A DNA stretch of 64,000 bases from an uncultured Christensenella sp. (lineage in GTDB: Bacteria; Bacillota; Clostridia; Christensenellales; UBA3700), in NCBI GenBank assembly GCA_949284695.1, contig CASDWJ010000019.1, positions 279 through 64,278 on the forward strand. Direction: 5' to 3'. A program made the position numbers and the translations under genes. This document shows, piece after piece, positions 60,060 through 64,000 of the stretch (position 1 is the first letter of the stretch; each line of letters opens with the position of its first letter). A model generated the notes under the pieces. That model was not told the origin of the DNA and made no database searches. It saw only the letters and a program-made list of their open reading frames with translations.

Positions 60060-61175
60060 TTATTCTTCGGGCGCGAACGTCGCTTCGAGCCTCTCGGTAA
60101 AGCGTTGCACGTCGTCCATATTGTCGAATCTGTACGCAACGTATTCGGTCTTTCCGTTCTGAATCGTGCAGATGAATTTTTTCTCGTCGTCGTAGTCGTA
60201 CTGCGGCAGATTTGCGTCCTTGAGTATCGCCATTACGACCGCCTGTTCGCGTTGCAGGAACATTATCTTGGCGTACGTCACGTTGCCCACGCGGTAACTG
60301 TAAGAGCCTTGCAACTGCTCCACTTCTTTGACCACGTTGGCGCAGTCGTCGAGTACGGTGATAAGGCTCGGCACGAGTTCGCAGAGCGCCTCGGCGACGG
60401 CTATGTATCTGTCTCCCCATTCGTCAGTATTGAATCCGCGCAGATTTCTGATCTTGGAATATGCGATGTCGCTTTCGCCGTTCACGTCGCCCTCCGTCAG
60501 CATCAGCCTCGACGGCAGAGCGAACGCGCCTTCGTTCTCGTCCACTATGCCCGCGGCTATCAGCTTGCGATAAGTCAGGAAGCCGAAATTCAGTCTTTCC
60601 TTATACCACGTCTCGCCGATCAGTTCTTTCAGCACGGGGTCGTCGTCAAAAGGCGGATTGTCGAGATACTTGTCACCCGTCAGCGCTACGAAATAATATC
60701 CCGCCGCGCCCGCCAGAGTCTCTCTGCAATAGGTGACAAGTCTGCCTTTGTTGAGCTTTCTCATCCTGTCTCCGCAGGGCGGCATTTTGACTTCGACAAT
60801 GCGCAGATAATCCTTGTGATTGTACTTCAGCGCCTCCTTGAATCTCCACTTCAAAGCAAGCTGTACGTTGAGACAGCCTGCGTCGGCATAACTTTCTCTC
60901 GTCGAGACCGCGTTTTTATATTCCACCACTTTCGCTTCGGTAAACACCACGTATTTTGCATCTTGCGTATATGCGACTATGATCAGATCGGGACTGCCGA
61001 ACTCGCCCAAAGAAAACTCGACCAGATATTCGCATCTGACGACTTTGTCTATGAAAGACGGCGCTTCTCCGACCCATTGGATCTGTCTCAGAATAGCATT
61101 GGGAGCCTTGTCGGCGGCGTCGATCAGGATGGCGTTGACCAGCCCTCTTTCGCCGTAAAGAAATACGTTGTCCAT
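60060..61175 (-). CDS. hypothetical protein with N-terminal PD-(D/E)xK nuclease-like motif
   Basis: YGERGLVN..., E.SLGEFGSPDLII...VFTEAK, then LNVQL; SD AGGAG. Confidence 0.6.
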   Translation of the reverse strand: MDNVFLYGERGLVNAILIDAADKAPNAILRQIQWVGEAPSFIDKVVRCEYLVEFSLGEFGSPDLIIVAYTQDAKYVVFTEAKVVEYKNAVSTRESYADAGCLNVQLALKWRFKEALKYNHKDYLRIVEVKMPPCGDRMRKLNKGRLVTYCRETLAGAAGYYFVALTGDKYLDNPPFDDDPVLKELIGETWYKERLNFGFLTYRKLIAAGIVDENEGAFALPSRLMLTEGDVNGESDIAYSKIRNLRGFNTDEWGDRYIAVAEALCELVPSLITVLDDCANVVKEVEQLQGSYSYRVGNVTYAKIMFLQREQAVVMAILKDANLPQYDYDDEKKFICTIQNGKTEYVAYRFDNMDDVQRFTERLEATFAPEE

Positions 61176-61413
61176 AATTTTCTCCTTCGCAACAAAGTTG
61201 CCTTTTTATACTTTTATTAGATCCCAAAAAGCGGTCTTTGTCAATAGCGACCGACAAAATTTTACATATTTTTCAACAATGCTCCGCGCGCGCGATAATA
61301 CGCGTATCTTTTTGCACTTCCCCGCCCGACTCCCGGGAAAGTATCGCCACCGCAGCGGACGAACGGCTCAAACCCGCAAAGACGCGCTCGTCCGCGGCAA
61401 GGCTTTTGCGGGA

Positions 61414-61535
61414 GAGCATATGCATTATCCGACAACGCACGATTATCTCATAAATCAAAAGAAATGAGTCCTGTACAATACAGAACTCACTCAAAATGCA
61501 ATTCAATGGTTTTTGTCCGACTTTTTGGTCGGTGG
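61414..61535 (+). mobile_element. degraded 3' end of an IS3-family (IS150-like) transposase with right-end remnant
   Basis: Reads EHMHY / DNARLSHKSKEMSPVQYRTHS across a frameshift, resembling the OrfB C-terminus (EYIxYYNxxRxxxKLKGxSPVQYRTH), followed by TGTCCGACTTTTTGG resembling an IS3 inner IRR. Confidence 0.65.
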
Positions 61536-61589
61536 TTGCGGTGAGGCGTTTTCCGCAAACGTATCGTGACAATTCAAACGATTGCGCGC

Positions 61590-63170
61590 TTATTTTGCGT
61601 ACAGCTCCACGCACCTCAGTACGGGCACGCTCCTTGACTGCCTGACCACTATCCTCACGACGTCGCTCGCGGGCGCGTTCTCGAACATGAGTATCCTGCG
61701 GTTGCCTATGACGGTGCTGTCGCCGATCAGTTTCCATTTGCCTTCAGACCTGACCCACACTTCGAACGCTTCAACTCTCTGCGAAGATCTGAGATCTTCT
61801 CTGAGATCTATCCTGCCGAGGCTTGTCGGCTCTTTGAGATAGAAATCGAGTATGTATTCCGAAGAAGTGAACGTATATCCGTCTCTTTCGTTGTCGAGAA
61901 GCGCGTAAAGCTCCTGCTTTTCCTGCATCGAGTCGTTGTCTCCGACCTCTATCCTCTCCACCTCTATCGGCTTTGCCGTCGTCGCCGCTATCGCGTCGCC
62001 GAATTCTTTGAGGATCTTTACGTCCTTATCCGCGATCCTGCCGCTCTTGTCGGGCGGGACGTTGAGGAGCAGACTGCTGTTGCCGCCGACAGACGTGAAG
62101 TATATCTGCAACAGTTGTTCAAGGCTCTTGGGGTTCTGATACCAGTGGTAGAACCAGCCTTTTCTGATGCTGACGTCCACTTCTGCGGGATAGAACGCGA
62201 GATCTTTGTAATTTGCAAGCAGTTCTCTGCTTCCTCTGTCAGCCGCTTCCGCGCTTACAGACTGAAGCGCTTCCGCTCCGTCCTCGCTCGTCTGGAAATG
62301 CTCTGTGGACGCGTTGGACATGCTGACCACGCTCCACTCGCTTTCGCGCGCGATACCCGCTTCGTTGCCTACCCACCTGACGTCAGTGCCCTGTATCGCG
62401 GTCACGCATCCCGGCTGAAGGTCGTTGATGAGCTGTTCGTAGCCTTCCATATCATACTCAAAGCCCGGCTCTATGTCCGCATCCTCTCCGCGCGCGCCGT
62501 CCATCCATACGCAGAAGATCTCGCCGTAGTCGCCGCAAAGCAATTCTCTGAGCTGTTCTTTATAAAAATCGTTGTACGCGTCCGTGCCGTAGCACTCTGC
62601 GTTCATATCCCACGGCGACAGATAGATGCCGAATTTGAGACCATATTTCTTGCAGCTCTCGGACAGTTCCTTGACGATGTCTCCCTGCCCGTTCTTGTAA
62701 GGACTTGCCGCAATGCTGTGCTCCGTCGTCTTGGTCTGCCACAGGCAGAAGCCGTCGTGATGCTTCGCCGTGAAGATGACTCCTTTGCTTCCCGACGCTT
62801 TGAGCGCCTCGCACCACTGATCGGTATCGAGATCCTCGGGGTTGAACTTGGACGGAGACTCCTCTCCCGTGCCCCATTCTTTGCCCGTCATCGTGTTCAT
62901 ACCGAAGTGTATAAAATTGTAATACTCGAGTTCGAGATAATCGAGTTGCTTCTCGGACGGCAAAACGCCGATGAGCCTGTCGACCTCCTCGCTCTCCTTG
63001 TCGTAGCCGTTGTTGTAATTGCCGCAGCCTTGCACAAATTCTTCACCCTCGGCATAGCTCTTTTCGGGCACTTCGTAATAATTGTATTTGTTCTTATCGC
63101 ATCCTGCGAACGAAAAAAACGAGCACATGGCAACTCCGACTACGGTCAATACCGCAAATAACTTTTTCAT
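61590..63170 (-). CDS. GH29 alpha-L-fucosidase lipoprotein with C-terminal CBM32-like region
   Basis: Lipobox FAGC; FIHFG.NT, EWG.G, TAKHHDGFCLW, GIYLSPWD, nucleophile WMDGA, RWVGNE, PAE.DVSIR.GWFY, SVG.N..LLLNVPP. Confidence 0.95.
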   Translation of the reverse strand: MKKLFAVLTVVGVAMCSFFSFAGCDKNKYNYYEVPEKSYAEGEEFVQGCGNYNNGYDKESEEVDRLIGVLPSEKQLDYLELEYYNFIHFGMNTMTGKEWGTGEESPSKFNPEDLDTDQWCEALKASGSKGVIFTAKHHDGFCLWQTKTTEHSIAASPYKNGQGDIVKELSESCKKYGLKFGIYLSPWDMNAECYGTDAYNDFYKEQLRELLCGDYGEIFCVWMDGARGEDADIEPGFEYDMEGYEQLINDLQPGCVTAIQGTDVRWVGNEAGIARESEWSVVSMSNASTEHFQTSEDGAEALQSVSAEAADRGSRELLANYKDLAFYPAEVDVSIRKGWFYHWYQNPKSLEQLLQIYFTSVGGNSSLLLNVPPDKSGRIADKDVKILKEFGDAIAATTAKPIEVERIEVGDNDSMQEKQELYALLDNERDGYTFTSSEYILDFYLKEPTSLGRIDLREDLRSSQRVEAFEVWVRSEGKWKLIGDSTVIGNRRILMFENAPASDVVRIVVRQSRSVPVLRCVELYAK

Positions 63171-63382
63171 AAATACCTCTCAGACAAAATCTGCCTTACA
63201 TTTTGATTGTACCATACTGCCGCTTCTTTGTAAACACTCTTTTTTATATCCGTCCCTCCGTTTCCCGCACGCGGCAACCTCGCGTCGTCCCGTTCGCCGC
63301 CTCTGCACTCTCTCGGTCCCTCTACCGCCGCGGTCTTTTTCGCGGTCTTTCAATTATTTTTTTGCCAAATCCCGAAAATCGG

Positions 63383-63411
63383 TTTACTTTTTTATCCGAT
63401 TGTGATATATT
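63383..63411 (+). promoter_or_regulatory. tRNA promoter
   Basis: TTTACT, N17, TATATT with TG extension, 11 nt upstream of the tRNA. Confidence 0.6.
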
Positions 63412-63422
63412 CAATCGTGCTT

Positions 63423-63498
<76 letters not shown>

Positions 63499-63499
63499 G

Positions 63500-63540
63500 G
63501 ACGGCAAAACGGCACCTAATCGGTGCCGTTTTTGTTCGTC
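63500..63540 (+). terminator. terminator after tRNA-Ala
   Basis: AAAACGGCACC-taatc-GGTGCCGTTTTT. Confidence 0.8.
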
Positions 63541-63766
63541 TTGGGGAGATAAGGGGGAGAAGAACCCTGTTATTTATAACGGGTGCGGCGCGGCAGTACC
63601 AATATTGTCAGTCGCAATATCTCCCGATGCCGCGGTTTTCGCCGCAGGGCGAAACTCCCATTATCTCTGCCTTATCCTTATATAACAGGCAACCCGGTTG
63701 TGCTATGCGTGGGCGACTAATGCTCTTTATCAGTTACACCCAAAAATGTTACTGTCAATGAATCAC

Positions 63767-64000
63767 TTATATACGAAAATATCTCTGATTCCTGCTTGTC
63801 GGTTTGTCAGGCTGAGTCATACCGATCAGTCCCGCTTCTATCGCCGGCGCGAGGTAGTGTTTTCTGAAACCGTCTCTCGATTTCAGTCCCAGCTTGTCCA
63901 TAAGCTCTTTTGCAGTCATCGGATAACTTTGCAGAACGCCGAGAAGCGCAGTGACCTGGGTGCTGATATGGTTCTGATGTTCGTGCGTTTCGTGCAGTAT
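63767..64000 (-). CDS. Fic-family protein, C-terminal winged-HTH part (gene starts beyond the window)
   Basis: Manual translation: ...LLGVLQSYPMTAKELMDKLGLKSRDGFRKHYLAPAIEAGLIGMTQPDKPTSRNQRYFRI*, the tail typical of Fic-like proteins. Confidence 0.8.
   Translation of the reverse strand: MLHETHEHQNHISTQVTALLGVLQSYPMTAKELMDKLGLKSRDGFRKHYLAPAIEAGLIGMTQPDKPTSRNQRYFRI

Overview
Chromosomal window from a moderately GC-rich Clostridia-class Firmicute. A gut-associated, Christensenellales-like lineage is my inference from gene style; I cannot confirm it. The left end is core genome: rpsI-rplM-truA-ecfT-ecfA2-ecfA1 on the minus strand, then pyruvate:ferredoxin oxidoreductase. Next come a small AT-rich islet (frameshifted Fur-family gene plus an atypical QueD/PTPS-fold gene), a five-gene minus-strand operon (MFS, ComEC-like MBL hydrolase, degenerate shikimate-kinase fold, ProB-like kinase, hypoxanthine-DNA glycosylase), puuR-potABCD, a large surface lipoprotein, an apparently leaderless acyltransferase and a ~730-bp mosaic of tandem and foldback repeats. 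The middle holds GH3, rho, prs, cobB, GH30, ybaK, PHP, aldose epimerase, aminopeptidase, YhhN, PfkB, a 1415-aa membrane-anchored protein with four cryptic repeats, a GDSL hydrolase and a guaA with a truncated glutaminase domain. The right third is rich in glycan-foraging genes (GH28-like, GH95, 6-TM-fused GH33 sialidase, YhcH, GH29), with ddh, an orphan PD-(D/E)xK nuclease, an IS3 relic, tRNA-Ala(CGC) and the 3' end of a Fic-family gene. I see no CRISPR array, integrase or intact transposase. The best candidates for undescribed biology are the Fur/QueD-like islet, the 1415-aa repeat protein, the structured repeat mosaic and the polytopic sialidase. All protein calls rest on motif recognition by eye; no searches were run.
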